Assembly (NCBI GenBank): GCA_020725385.1
Contig: DYFC01000054.1
Coordinates: 58,555-122,554 of the forward strand
Reading direction: 5' to 3'
Length of the DNA: 64,000 nt
Source of the DNA: Nitrospira japonica
GTDB taxonomy: Bacteria > Nitrospirota > Thermodesulfovibrionia > Thermodesulfovibrionales > SM23-35
The position numbers and the translations under genes are program-made. This document shows, one piece after another, positions 1 to 10,123 of this stretch. Positions within the stretch are counted from its first letter, which is position 1, and each line of letters starts with the position of its first letter. The notes beneath the pieces are model-generated. The model ran no database searches. It was not told the DNA's origin and saw only the letters and a list, made by a program, of their open reading frames with translations.

Positions 1-753
1 TATCCCAACCTGGGCAATTATCAATGAATTCGAGCCAATTTTTACATTGTGAGCTATTTGGGAAAGGTTATCAATCTTTGTCCCTTTACCTATTATTGTG
101 TTTCCCAAGGTTGCTCTGTCAATTGATACATTTGAGCCAATTTCAACATCATCTTCGATGATAACACCACCTACTTGAGGGATTTTGTTGTGAACTCCAT
201 TATCAAATACATAACCAAAACCATCTGAGCCTATGACTGTGCCTGAATGAATAATTACTTTATTGCCAATTTCGATATTTTCTCTAACAGTAACATTTGG
301 GTATATCAAACAGTTGTTGCCTATTTTTGTATTTTCTCCTATATATACAAAAGGGTATATAATCGTTTCATCTCCAATAACAGCGCCTTCACTTATGAAA
401 ACAGATGGGAAAATAGTCACATTATTACCAATAGTAGCTTTATCAGAGATAATTGCTGATTTACTAATTCCTTTATGAATGAATGGTTTTACATAGAAGA
501 ACTCAAGAAGTTTTGCAAAGGCAAGATAGGGATTTGAAACTTTTAGCTGAGAAATGGAGATACCTTCAACTGGTTCTTTTACGATTAATGCCGATGCTTT
601 GCAATTACCAATTTCTTTGAGATATTTCTTAGATGATATAAAAGTTATATCACCCGGCTTAGCATCAAGTATCCCAGAGACGCCTGTGATTTCGAGTTCA
701 TGGTCTCCAAAGATTTCTCCGTTTACTAATTTTGCAATATCTTCAAGCTTCAT
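1..753 (-). CDS. lpxD: UDP-3-O-acyl-glucosamine N-acyltransferase (5' part; runs off the window)
   Basis: Not in the ORF track; translated by hand from the ATG at 753: [17 protein letters not shown]...hexapeptide repeats...IGSDGFGY...[29 protein letters not shown]...[12 protein letters not shown]. Sits in the canonical bamA-skp-lpxD order. Confidence 0.95.
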   Translation of the reverse strand, partial: MKLEDIAKLVNGEIFGDHELEITGVSGILDAKPGDITFISSKKYLKEIGNCKASALIVKEPVEGISISQLKVSNPYLAFAKLLEFFYVKPFIHKGISKSAIISDKATIGNNVTIFPSVFISEGAVIGDETIIYPFVYIGENTKIGNNCLIYPNVTVRENIEIGNKVIIHSGTVIGSDGFGYVFDNGVHNKIPQVGGVIIEDDVEIGSNVSIDRATLGNTIIGKGTKIDNLSQIAHNVKIGSNSLIIAQVGI

Positions 754-770
754 AAGTAAGAAATTACCTT

Positions 771-1568
771 TTATTTTTGAGGATTTTTTTCAATACCTGA
801 TGGAACAGGTTTTTTAGTTTCATCGTATTTTTTTATGAATAAATCCGTTATATCTATTTTTTCGTCTCCGTACAAGATTTGACCTTTATCGAGTATCAAA
901 GTATATTTTTCTTTTTCGCCAATAATACTTGATAATGTTAGAATTTCATGAAGCATATTGGTATAGAGTTCATCATATTTAGATTCGAGTTCTTTTTCAG
1001 AGTCCTGTCCGAATCTTTCAAGCTCTGTCTCGAGTCTGTCTATTTCTTCAAATTTTTTCTTCAAAGCAGCTTCAGTTAAACCAGCTTTCTGAATCTCAAG
1101 ATTAAACCTTAGATTATCAATAGATTTTCTCTTTTCATCGATGACTTCCTGTTTTAATTTAGCCAAAGAATTATATTCATCAGTTGCTTTTCTACCTGCA
1201 ATGGACTCTTCGGCAACTTTCTGCAAATCAATAACTCCGAGTTTAAATATATCCTCTGCTGTAATTTCAGATTCCTTTTTTATTTGCGATTCTTTTAATG
1301 GTGATTCAGCAGGTTTTTCAGATGGTTCAATGATTTCTGTTTTAGATGGATGTTCTTCAATAACTTCTTTCATTTGTACGGGTGGTTCTTGTACTTTTAC
1401 ATTTTCTACTTTAGTAGTCTCTTTTGGAGCTTCCAAGATAACATTAGTTTCAACAGGTTTCTTGCTTTTGGAAGAACAACCTGATGAAAGCAAACTCAAG
1501 CTTAGAAATATTATTAATGCTGCAAATATATTCATTATTGTTTTATTTTTCTTAAAATTAAATCTCAT
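771..1568 (-). CDS. OmpH/Skp-family protein with N-terminal lipoprotein signal and long Pro/Glu/Lys linker
   Basis: C-terminal ~160 aa are Skp-like ([10 protein letters not shown]...YTLILDK..ILYG..IDITD). The N-terminus has a hydrophobic stretch ending LSSGC (lipobox-like), followed by a low-complexity linker. Confidence 0.8.
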   Translation of the reverse strand: MRFNFKKNKTIMNIFAALIIFLSLSLLSSGCSSKSKKPVETNVILEAPKETTKVENVKVQEPPVQMKEVIEEHPSKTEIIEPSEKPAESPLKESQIKKESEITAEDIFKLGVIDLQKVAEESIAGRKATDEYNSLAKLKQEVIDEKRKSIDNLRFNLEIQKAGLTEAALKKKFEEIDRLETELERFGQDSEKELESKYDELYTNMLHEILTLSSIIGEKEKYTLILDKGQILYGDEKIDITDLFIKKYDETKKPVPSGIEKNPQK

Positions 1569-1707
1569 AGTTTAAAAATAGAAAGTAATAAAGTATGCGG
1601 CTTGATAATGCATTTATTGTTCTCAAAACGTGAAACGTAACAACTAATATACTGTCATTCTGTGTCCCTCTGGTTAATCCAAAGGTAGATTTTACTTGAG
1701 GAACCGA

Positions 1708-1780
1708 TCATACCACAACTTGATTGTGGTATCCAGAGAAAAGAGCTTCTAGATTACCCGATTAAATCGGGTAATGACAA
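1708..1780. repeat. Pair of inverted REP-like palindromic units
   Basis: tcataccacaacttgattgtggtatccag ... ctagattacccgattaaatcgggtaatgac: two hairpins with (G)TCAT...ATCCAG-type ends in opposite orientation, intergenic. Confidence 0.7.
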
Positions 1781-1834
1781 ATTGGAACACGGTATCGACA
1801 TTTCAAATAACATTTTACTAGTTTATTTTGAATT

Positions 1835-2356
1835 CTATTTCTTTAGTTCATTGAATTTCTTGAGTACTGTGTCTGTAATATCAATAACTTTGTTTGAGTA
1901 AAGTATTACAGTTGCAGGAAGAATCAGGGTGTAATCTCCTTCTTTGCCAATTTTCTGTATGATATTAACAAGGTCATTTAATATTGAATTTTCCATTTCT
2001 CTCTGTTTTTTTGCAAGTTCTGCCTCTGAATCAGAAACAAATCTTCTAATATCTCTATCCATTTTTTCGAGTTCTTCGACCTTTGACTTTTTTGCTTCAT
2101 CAGAGAGAATGTTTTGTTGTTTCTTTAATTCTTCGTCAAGTTTCTTTGCAGTGTTTACCATTTTTTCGAGTTCTTTTTCTTTTGATGATTTTAGTGATTC
2201 AAGAGTGCTTCTTACTTTTTTGGATTCATCAGATTGCTCTAATACTTTTTGAATATCAACATAACCTATTTTTATCATATCTGCTGCAGAAGCAAAACTA
2301 CATAAGAATAAAGAAATAATAATTGATGTGCATAACAAAAGTTTTCTATTTTTCAT
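1835..2356 (-). CDS. skp: Periplasmic chaperone Skp/OmpH
   Basis: Signal peptide, KIGYVDIQKVL, coiled-coil body and YTLIL...IDITD C-terminus; directly downstream of bamA. Confidence 0.92.
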   Translation of the reverse strand: MKNRKLLLCTSIIISLFLCSFASAADMIKIGYVDIQKVLEQSDESKKVRSTLESLKSSKEKELEKMVNTAKKLDEELKKQQNILSDEAKKSKVEELEKMDRDIRRFVSDSEAELAKKQREMENSILNDLVNIIQKIGKEGDYTLILPATVILYSNKVIDITDTVLKKFNELKK

Positions 2357-2374
2357 TTTTCCTCCTGAAAAAAA

Positions 2375-4633
2375 TTAAAAGAATGTTCCGAATGCAAATT
2401 CGAATCTGCTTGATTCTTCGCCGGGTTTTTTATCAATATTGTAACCCCATTCAAGCCTTATTGGTCCCATTGGAGAGATCCATCTAACACCAAGGCCTGT
2501 TGTATATCTTAATTTACCAAAATCATGCATTTTATCATACGCATTTCCTGCATCAAAGAATGTCACACCCTTTAGCCTTATTTCACTAACGAGCGGGAAA
2601 ATATATTCAATATTAAAGATTAGTTCTTCTGTTCCACCAATAAGATCGCCTTCTTTGGATGTGTCTTCAACTTTTCCTCTTGGTCCTGCTTCTCCGTATC
2701 CAAGACCTCTGATAGTATAAATACCTCCGACATAAAATCTTTCATACAAAGGCAATTCTTTTCCACCAAGTCCTCTTGCGTAACCAAATCTTCCTCTAAA
2801 CATTACTGATGTACTCCCAATGGGGAAATACCAAGCTGAATCAATCTCGCTTTTTACAAAATTATTAGTCCCGCCTATGCCTGCATAGGTTACATATAAA
2901 GAATTTCTTGAGCCTCTTGAAGGGTCAAGATAATTATCTCTTGAATCTCTTGTAACAGAAGGTGTAATGCTACTTGTTGTTCTTGTTCCTTTCTGATCCT
3001 TTACTATAGAAGAAGCATCATCGGATATATTTGATATTTTTGCTTTTTCAAAATTATAAGAAATATCTCCAGCCCAGTATTCAGAGAATCTTTTACCGAA
3101 AGATATCCCAAAACCAGTTGCATTTTTATCATAATCTATGTAATTTCGACTTATTTTATATATATTTGTTGAAAATGTAAGGGGCTTATCAAGAAACCAA
3201 GGATCTCTAAAAGAAATGTCGTAATAATTTGTTCTTCCACCAAGTTCTGCTCTTAGTTTAATATATTGTCCTCTTCCGAAAAGATTACCCTGAGATAATT
3301 CTGCCATTGCGATAAATTTTTCAACAGAACTATATCCACCACCAATACTGAAAAAGCCTGTTGGTCTTTCTTTTACTTTTACGTCTAAATCAACAATCTT
3401 TTCTTCTGGCTGTGGTTTTGGTATCAATTCAACTGTCTCAAAATAATTTAGATTATTGATTCTTTCATAACTTCTTTTAATTAACGCACTATTAAAGGTA
3501 TCACCTTCATCGAGCCTTATTTCCCGTCTAATGACTTTATCCCTGGTTTTTGTGTTCCCTATTATTTCGATTCTTCCAATTTTATATTTATCTCCTTCGT
3601 CTATTTTCAAGCCGAGTTTTAAAGTTTTAGTAGCATCATCCGGGAAAAGTTCTGGGGATACTGAAACCATTGCATATCCATTTTCAGTGTATTGCTCGGA
3701 AATAGAAATTATGTCTTTTCTTAACATCTCTTTACTGAAAGGTTTATCGATTGCCATTTTCAGACGTTTTCTTAATATATCTTCATTGAATACTTTATTG
3801 CCCGACAAAGAAATTGAAGAGACCTTGTATTGTTCTCCTTCTGAAACAGGTATGGAAATATTCATCCCCTTTTTATCATCTGTAAGACTTATTTTCGGCT
3901 CACCAATTGTAATCTTGATATAGCCATTGTTTAGATAAAAGTCCCTTATTTTTTCGATGTCCATATCCATCCGCTCTTTTTGGAAATAGCCTGATGAGGT
4001 AATAAAAGAGAAAAGCCACCATTCTTTTGTATCCATCTGTTTTTTAATTTTGCTATCACTGAAAACTTTATTGCCTTCGATGTCAATTTTCTTAATGCGA
4101 ACTTTTGAACCTTCTGTTATCTGATAGGTAAGGCTTACTTCGTCTTGGTTTATTATCCTAATTACGGGGACTATTTGAGAAAGCCAGTAGCCTTCTTCTT
4201 CATAAAATGCTCTTATTTTATTTGCATTGTCCTGTATTAAAACAGAGTCTGCTATTGCGCCTGCTGTAATATTTATTTTTTCTTTAATCTTATCATCATC
4301 AAATTCTTTATTGCCCTGAAAATCTATTTTTATAATTGTTGGTTTTTCTCTGACAACATAAATTAATTTGATTCCACCTTCAAAAGAATCAATTTCAGCT
4401 CTTACATCATCAAAATATCCCATTTTGAAAATGGCCTTAATATCATCATTTGTCTTATCCTGCGACAAAGGTTCTCCTGCTTTCTGGGATATTTTTGCCT
4501 TAACAGAAGACTCCTCGATTCTTTTAAGACCTTTAATTTCAATAGAATTAATGAGAGGTTGTGCCTCTGCAAAAAGTAATGCAGGTATGGCTAAAATTGC
4601 AATCAGGATAATTAATATTTTTTTATAACACAT
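2375..4633 (-). CDS. bamA: Outer membrane protein assembly factor BamA
   Basis: Signal peptide, POTRA repeats (IEIIGNTKTRDKVIRRE), barrel motif FYVGGIYTIRG, GVRWISPMGPIRLEWG and terminal Phe. Confidence 0.97.
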   Translation of the reverse strand: MCYKKILIILIAILAIPALLFAEAQPLINSIEIKGLKRIEESSVKAKISQKAGEPLSQDKTNDDIKAIFKMGYFDDVRAEIDSFEGGIKLIYVVREKPTIIKIDFQGNKEFDDDKIKEKINITAGAIADSVLIQDNANKIRAFYEEEGYWLSQIVPVIRIINQDEVSLTYQITEGSKVRIKKIDIEGNKVFSDSKIKKQMDTKEWWLFSFITSSGYFQKERMDMDIEKIRDFYLNNGYIKITIGEPKISLTDDKKGMNISIPVSEGEQYKVSSISLSGNKVFNEDILRKRLKMAIDKPFSKEMLRKDIISISEQYTENGYAMVSVSPELFPDDATKTLKLGLKIDEGDKYKIGRIEIIGNTKTRDKVIRREIRLDEGDTFNSALIKRSYERINNLNYFETVELIPKPQPEEKIVDLDVKVKERPTGFFSIGGGYSSVEKFIAMAELSQGNLFGRGQYIKLRAELGGRTNYYDISFRDPWFLDKPLTFSTNIYKISRNYIDYDKNATGFGISFGKRFSEYWAGDISYNFEKAKISNISDDASSIVKDQKGTRTTSSITPSVTRDSRDNYLDPSRGSRNSLYVTYAGIGGTNNFVKSEIDSAWYFPIGSTSVMFRGRFGYARGLGGKELPLYERFYVGGIYTIRGLGYGEAGPRGKVEDTSKEGDLIGGTEELIFNIEYIFPLVSEIRLKGVTFFDAGNAYDKMHDFGKLRYTTGLGVRWISPMGPIRLEWGYNIDKKPGEESSRFEFAFGTFF

Positions 4634-4705
4634 ACAATCAATTTTTAAGTATTATAGATTCAAAAAGTATAGCATAAAAAGTATGACAATTTATAGAGAT
4701 ATTTT

Positions 4706-5350
4706 ATGAGTTTAAAAATTGAAATAAACGAATTACTCAAAGGGCGGAATTTTGAAGAACTTATAAATCGTTGCGATAAAGAAAAGCGCGCATGGCAGGA
4801 GGTGCGGTATAGACTATACTCGCTTGATGAAGTTATCCGCTGGGCTACAATTGAGACAATTGGATATTTGATGAAATTCTGGTGGCAGGATAAGAGGGAA
4901 GAAAAAGTCAGAAATTATATCAGGACTTTATTTTGGTCAATGAATGACGAATCAGGAGGAATTGGCTGGAGTTCACCCCAGACTGTTGCAGAAATAATAG
5001 CAAATATACCCGAAATAATAGACCCGTATGGAAGCATGATGATAGCTCATTGTATAGATGAGCCTCCACTTATTAAAGGGTGTCTCTGGGGAATCGGTCG
5101 CCTTGGTGTTTTAATAACTGATTCGGTTGAATTTTTTAAAAATCAGATATTTAAGCTTTTTAATTCAGAAGACCCGGAAATTATCGGACTTTTATGCTGG
5201 GCAATGGGACAAGCAAAATTTATTCCTGCAAAATCTTATATAAAACAAAAATTTTTTATAAGTGATCAAATAAAAATTTATATTAAAGGAAATTTTATTA
5301 TAAAGCCTGTTTCTCTATGGGCAAAAGAAGCAATATCAAAAATTGATTAG
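4706..5350 (+). CDS. HEAT-repeat protein (DVU0298-like family of sulfate reducers)
   Basis: LYSLDEVIRW, LFWSMNDESGGIGWSSPQ, LWGIGRL and GLLCWAMG helical repeats; paralogous to the C-terminal part of 11234..12310. Confidence 0.65.
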   Translation: MSLKIEINELLKGRNFEELINRCDKEKRAWQEVRYRLYSLDEVIRWATIETIGYLMKFWWQDKREEKVRNYIRTLFWSMNDESGGIGWSSPQTVAEIIANIPEIIDPYGSMMIAHCIDEPPLIKGCLWGIGRLGVLITDSVEFFKNQIFKLFNSEDPEIIGLLCWAMGQAKFIPAKSYIKQKFFISDQIKIYIKGNFIIKPVSLWAKEAISKID

Positions 5351-5361
5351 CGCATAACTTA

Positions 5362-5375
5362 TTGATTTAAATCAA
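5362..5375. promoter_or_regulatory. FNR/CRP-family box upstream of dsrA
   Basis: TTGAT-TTAA-ATCAA matches the FNR consensus TTGAT-N4-ATCAA exactly. The region is AT-rich, so a chance match is possible. Confidence 0.45.
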
Positions 5376-5489
5376 AAAATTATATAATATTTAATAGCTA
5401 AATTTAATCCCGCATAAAATAAATTCAAAATAAAGAAATGTAAAATTATGATAATCAGGTGATTTAATTAAAATATAATAATTCCTTAC

Positions 5490-5518
5490 TTGACAAAAAA
5501 AAAAGAGTTGATTATCAT
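5490..5518 (+). promoter_or_regulatory. Sigma70-type promoter for dsrABD
   Basis: TTGACA (5490-5495), 17-nt spacer, TATCAT (5513-5518); AAGGAGG ribosome-binding site before the dsrA ATG. Confidence 0.65.
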
Positions 5519-5675
5519 TAAACACCTTTCTTTTGAGCTCAAAAAGCAGAATGTATATTTCTGTTTAAACAATGTTAGTAAAAATCTAATGCAGGAAGGG
5601 GGTGGAAGAAGCAGGTTAGGGAAGTATTAACAGTTCAAGTTTTTTAAAAAAAATCCTATCGTAAGGAGGTTACAT

Positions 5676-7115
5676 ATGGGAATCCCAGGACAAGAGAAGC
5701 TATGGGATAAAGAAGAAAAAGGCCACAGAACGTATAATGATGTAAGAATATTTACAGATGACCAATTAAATAATTATACCGAGGAAGAATTAAAAAACTT
5801 CAAGAACAAACATGATATTCCAATGCTTGAAGAGCTGGAAAAAGGGCCATGGCCCAGCTTTGTCAGCGATCTAAAAAGAGAAGCATTGCACAGAAGAAAA
5901 CTCGGTAAGGATAATTTAATGATCGAGCAGGATGTTGCTGAAGATTTGCTCGGACTTATGGAGCTTTCTTATAAAGAAGGTGAAACTCACTGGAAACATG
6001 GAGGAATAGTCGGAGTTCTCGGTTATGGTGGAGGAGTTATTGGCCGTTATTGCGATCAGCAACAGAAATTTCCTGCTATTGCTCATTTCCATACTGTTCG
6101 TGTTGCCCAACCCGGTGGAAAATTCTATACAACCGATTATTTAAGAACTTTCTGTGATATTGCCGAATATCGTGGAAGCGGTATTACAAATTTACATGGT
6201 TCAACAGGTGATATGGTTATTCTCGGAACATTTACAGATCAGCTAGAACCAATATTCTTTGATCTTACCCATGATCTTGGTGTAGATCTTGGTGGTTCCG
6301 GATCCAACCTTCGTACTCCCTCGGATTGTATAGGACCTGCAAGATGTGAATTTGCATGTTACGATACTTTGGATATGTGTTATAACTTAACAATGACATA
6401 TCAGGATGAATTACACAGACCTGCTTTCCCGTATAAATTTAAATTTAAATTTGATGGATGTCCTAATGGTTGTGTCGCAAGTATTGCACGGTCTGATATG
6501 GCATTCATTGGAACATGGAAGGATGATATAAGAATTAATCAGGACGCAGTACAGGAATATGTAGCAAACAAAATACCCCGTGACGGTGGTGGAATGAGCG
6601 GAAAAGATTGGGGCAAATTTGATATTCAGGCTGAAGTTATTGACCTTTGCCCGACAAAATGTATGAATTGGGACGGGAAAAAACTTACAATTAATAATGC
6701 TGAATGTAACCGTTGTATGCATTGCATAAATACAATGCCCGAAGCACTGAGAATAGGAAAAGATACAGGAGTTAGTATTCTCTTGGGCGCAAAAGCTCCT
6801 ATTCTTGAAGGTGCGCAGATGTCTGTATTAACCATCCCGTTTGCTTATGCAAAAAATCCATATGATAACATTAAAAATGGTGTAATAAGCAAAATCTTTG
6901 ATTGGTGGATTGAAGAAGGAAAGAACCGTGAACGTCTTGGCGAACTCATACAACGTATGGGCTTGAAAACATTAATAGAAGTACTTGGTATTCCTGCAAT
7001 GCCTCAGATGGTCAAAGAGCCTCGTTCCAATCCTTATGTATTCTTTAAAGAGGAAGAGGTTCCGGGTGGATGGACAAGAGATATTAACGATTACAGAAGC
7101 AGACATCCAAGATAA
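5676..7115 (+). CDS. dsrA: Dissimilatory sulfite reductase alpha subunit
   Basis: LEKGPWPSFV, THWKHGGIVGVLGYGGGVIGRY, siroheme/FeS ligands CIGPARC...FPYKFKFKFDGCPNGC, ferredoxin insert. Confidence 0.99.
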   Translation: MGIPGQEKLWDKEEKGHRTYNDVRIFTDDQLNNYTEEELKNFKNKHDIPMLEELEKGPWPSFVSDLKREALHRRKLGKDNLMIEQDVAEDLLGLMELSYKEGETHWKHGGIVGVLGYGGGVIGRYCDQQQKFPAIAHFHTVRVAQPGGKFYTTDYLRTFCDIAEYRGSGITNLHGSTGDMVILGTFTDQLEPIFFDLTHDLGVDLGGSGSNLRTPSDCIGPARCEFACYDTLDMCYNLTMTYQDELHRPAFPYKFKFKFDGCPNGCVASIARSDMAFIGTWKDDIRINQDAVQEYVANKIPRDGGGMSGKDWGKFDIQAEVIDLCPTKCMNWDGKKLTINNAECNRCMHCINTMPEALRIGKDTGVSILLGAKAPILEGAQMSVLTIPFAYAKNPYDNIKNGVISKIFDWWIEEGKNRERLGELIQRMGLKTLIEVLGIPAMPQMVKEPRSNPYVFFKEEEVPGGWTRDINDYRSRHPR

Positions 7116-7135
7116 TATAAAGGAGGGTATATATT

Positions 7136-8314
7136 ATGTCTAAGGGCAAATTTGGTTATTACAATCCTCAAAAGCCTCAGGAAAACAGGATAACAGATGT
7201 TGGTCCTGTTCACTATATGCAGTTATTACCACCGAGCCTGAGGAAGAATTACGGACAATGGGTTTCTCACAGGGTTATTGAACCCGGAATCCTTATGCAT
7301 GTTGCTGAATCAGGAGACAAAGTATATTCAGTAAGATGCGGTGGTGCACGTATTATGTCTGCAGAACACATCCGTGAAATTTGTGATATTGCAGATAAAT
7401 TTGCAAATGGTTATGTTAGATGGACAACCAGGAATAATGTAGAATTTATAGTTGACAGCGAGCAAAAAGCAAAAGACCTTAAAAAAGAACTTGATAACAG
7501 AAAATTTGTGGCAGGTTCTCATAAATTTCCTGTTGGTGGTACAGGTAATTGCATAACAAATATTGTTCATACACAGGGATGGATTCACTGCCATACTCCT
7601 GCTACAGATGCATCGGGACCTGTCAAAGTTGTTATGGACGAATTATTTGACTATTTTAAATCCATGACATTACCGGCAAAACTTAGAATCTCACTTGCAT
7701 GTTGTCTTAATATGTGCGGTGCTGTTCATTGCTCGGATATTGCTATGCTCGGCTATCACCGTAAACCACCTGCAGAAGACCATGAAGTTCTTGGTAAGGT
7801 TTGCGAAATTCCATTGGTTGTCGCAGCATGTCCGTTGTATGCGATTAAACCTATTACACTTGAAGATGGAAGGAAAAGTGTAACAGTAAATAAAGAAAAA
7901 TGTATGTATTGTGGTAACTGCTATACAATGTGTATGGCTTTGCCACTTGCTGACAAGGAAGGTGACGGTGTTGCAATACTTGCAGGCGGTAAGATCTCGA
8001 ACAGAATAAATCCTCCTAAATTCTCAAAAGTTATAGTTCCATGGCTTCCAAATAATATGCCGCGTTGGCCTGAAGTTGTTTCAACTATCAAGAAGATCGT
8101 TGAAGTATATGCAAAAGAAGCGAATAAATATGAACGTCTTGGTGACTGGGCAGAAAGAATCGGCTGGGAAAGATTCTTTGAGAAAGTTGGTCTTGAATTC
8201 TCCTGGCACTTGCTTGATGATTATCGTCTTGCTTATGATACATTCAGAACATCAACCCAGTTTAAATATACCGACCATGCATGGGCTGTATCAAAAGCTG
8301 CTGGTGTTATATAA
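7136..8314 (+). CDS. dsrB: Dissimilatory sulfite reductase beta subunit
   Basis: [59 protein letters not shown]. Confidence 0.99.
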   Translation: MSKGKFGYYNPQKPQENRITDVGPVHYMQLLPPSLRKNYGQWVSHRVIEPGILMHVAESGDKVYSVRCGGARIMSAEHIREICDIADKFANGYVRWTTRNNVEFIVDSEQKAKDLKKELDNRKFVAGSHKFPVGGTGNCITNIVHTQGWIHCHTPATDASGPVKVVMDELFDYFKSMTLPAKLRISLACCLNMCGAVHCSDIAMLGYHRKPPAEDHEVLGKVCEIPLVVAACPLYAIKPITLEDGRKSVTVNKEKCMYCGNCYTMCMALPLADKEGDGVAILAGGKISNRINPPKFSKVIVPWLPNNMPRWPEVVSTIKKIVEVYAKEANKYERLGDWAERIGWERFFEKVGLEFSWHLLDDYRLAYDTFRTSTQFKYTDHAWAVSKAAGVI

Positions 8315-8335
8315 TTAAAAGTAAGGAGAATTAAA

Positions 8336-8593
8336 ATGGGAAGAGAAGAAGATATCAGGCAAGCAATTCTTGATTATGGCTCAAAAGGCGCGAAATCAAA
8401 ATTCTATTTTAAAGATATGCTTGCAGGCGTGAAAAAAGTTATACCCGATGCAGGAGCCTCTGAAGTAAAAAATGTTGCTTCAAAAATGGTGGCAGAAGGT
8501 GTAATGGAATATTTTTCAACAGGGAGTTCTACTATGTATGGTGTAAAGGGAAGGGGTATCTCTGTTGAAAAATCAGGTGATTCGGGCGGATAA
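8336..8593 (+). CDS. dsrD: DsrD, activator of DsrAB
   Basis: KSKFYFKD and YFSTGSSTMYG motifs; directly after dsrB. Confidence 0.93.
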   Translation: MGREEDIRQAILDYGSKGAKSKFYFKDMLAGVKKVIPDAGASEVKNVASKMVAEGVMEYFSTGSSTMYGVKGRGISVEKSGDSGG

Positions 8594-8627
8594 AATTATT
8601 TTACTGTTTTAAGTTGTACTGATTGAA

Positions 8628-8668
8628 AATGCACATGGGGGTATAAAAGGCTCCCATGTGCATTATTT
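8628..8668 (+). terminator. Putative intrinsic terminator after dsrD
   Basis: aatgcacatgggg...ctcccatgtgcatt stem followed by an AT-rich tail. Confidence 0.6.
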
Positions 8669-8763
8669 ATCTGCTGCAGGAATAGACTATCTTTTCTTAA
8701 AATTATTCTATGGCCTGCCTATTACATGAAAATTTCTTAAATAATGAAGTAACAGGATAATTT

Positions 8764-9483
8764 ATGGATAAATTAAAAAATGTAGAAGAATTTATCGCTG
8801 AACAGAAACTCAGATTATTACAGAAACCTGATTGTGCTACATCTTTGTACAATTTAGGTGTAGCTTTAATGTCAGAAGGTAAATTTGATGAAGCTATAGA
8901 TGCTTTTGAAGAATCTATTGAAACCGGCGTAAGAATGTTTGAATCATTTGTAAATCTTGGGTACATCTACTACAAAGAAGGAGACCTTGAGAAGGTTGTA
9001 AAAGCTAATCAGCGGGCAGTAGAAATTGAGCCAAGATACGCTCGCGGGTATTCGAATATAGGATTTGCATATCTTCAGATGGGAAAAACTGACGAGGCGA
9101 TTCAGGCTCTTGAAAAAGCGCTTGAACTGAATCCGAATATTGTTCAGGCGATGTGTAATCTTGCGAATGCATATCTTCAGAAAGGGGATCTTGAAAAAAG
9201 CCTTGAGATGAATAAGAAGATGCTTGAACTTGCACCAAATTTTGCACTTGGTCATAATAATCTCGCTAATGTTTATTATTCTATTGGTGAATTTGAAAAA
9301 GCAATAGAGTCATGTGACAAAGCAATAGAACTCGGGTTTGATGTTCATCCGGATTTCCTAAAATTACTTGAACCATATAGAAAGAAGATTAAAAAACAAG
9401 CCAATTCAAGGGGTAAAAAGAAACAAGCAATAGCGACTGAAAATAAGAAAGTTACAAAGAAAAAAGAGAAGAAAAATGATTGA
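8764..9483 (+). CDS. Tetratricopeptide-repeat protein with Lys-rich C-terminal tail
   Basis: About five TPR units (YNLGVAL, VNLGYIY, SNIGFAY, CNLANAY, NNLANVY). Confidence 0.85.
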   Translation: MDKLKNVEEFIAEQKLRLLQKPDCATSLYNLGVALMSEGKFDEAIDAFEESIETGVRMFESFVNLGYIYYKEGDLEKVVKANQRAVEIEPRYARGYSNIGFAYLQMGKTDEAIQALEKALELNPNIVQAMCNLANAYLQKGDLEKSLEMNKKMLELAPNFALGHNNLANVYYSIGEFEKAIESCDKAIELGFDVHPDFLKLLEPYRKKIKKQANSRGKKKQAIATENKKVTKKKEKKND

Positions 9484-10123
9484 TAACCTGTTTTCAGAAT
9501 ATGAGACAATAACAAAAAAAGCTGATATTCTTTTTCATACTGTGAAAGAAAAATATCCTGACAGCGTGAGATGTAGAATCCGATGCTGCGATTGTTGTCA
9601 TGCTGTTTTTGGAATATTTCCAATAGAAGCTGCTTTCATCAATTATCATTTCAATAGGCTTGAAAGAAAGATGAGAAGAGATATTTTAAGGAGGGCAGAA
9701 AAAGGGGAAAATGAGATGCTCAAAGCCAAAGATGTTCTCAAAGTTTTTGAGGAAGACCCGAAAATGAAAGTTTATGGTCTTGGCAAACAGCGTGTGAGAT
9801 GCCCCTTTTTAAGTGATAGGGATGAATGTCAGTTTTATGAGCACCGTCCCGTGATTTGTAGAATATATGGAATACCATATAGCCTTGAAAAAGATAAAAA
9901 GACCCGTTCTTATGTTTGCGGACTTTCTGCATTTGAAGAAAAGGCAACATATCCTACAGTAAAACTTGACAAAATTTATGATCAACTCTGTAAACTTTCT
10001 CTGGAGCTTCTGAAAGAGGGCAAGGCATTGCATGCAGAAACGAAAGCAACTTTAATGATACCACTTGCAAGGGTATTGAGAATGCCATTTAAAGATATTA
10101 TTGAAGGAAAGTTTCAAGAGTAA
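9476..10123 (+). CDS. YkgJ-family (CxxCxxCC) cysteine-cluster protein
   Basis: CRIRCCDCC, RCPFL..DECQFYEHRPVICRIYG; overlaps the stop of the TPR gene. Confidence 0.85.
   Translation: MIDNLFSEYETITKKADILFHTVKEKYPDSVRCRIRCCDCCHAVFGIFPIEAAFINYHFNRLERKMRRDILRRAEKGENEMLKAKDVLKVFEEDPKMKVYGLGKQRVRCPFLSDRDECQFYEHRPVICRIYGIPYSLEKDKKTRSYVCGLSAFEEKATYPTVKLDKIYDQLCKLSLELLKEGKALHAETKATLMIPLARVLRMPFKDIIEGKFQE

Noticed and set aside
247-817. Short plus-strand ORFs in the track
   Set aside because: They are antisense shadows of lpxD. The same applies to the many 60-150 aa ORFs opposite or inside the long genes throughout the window.
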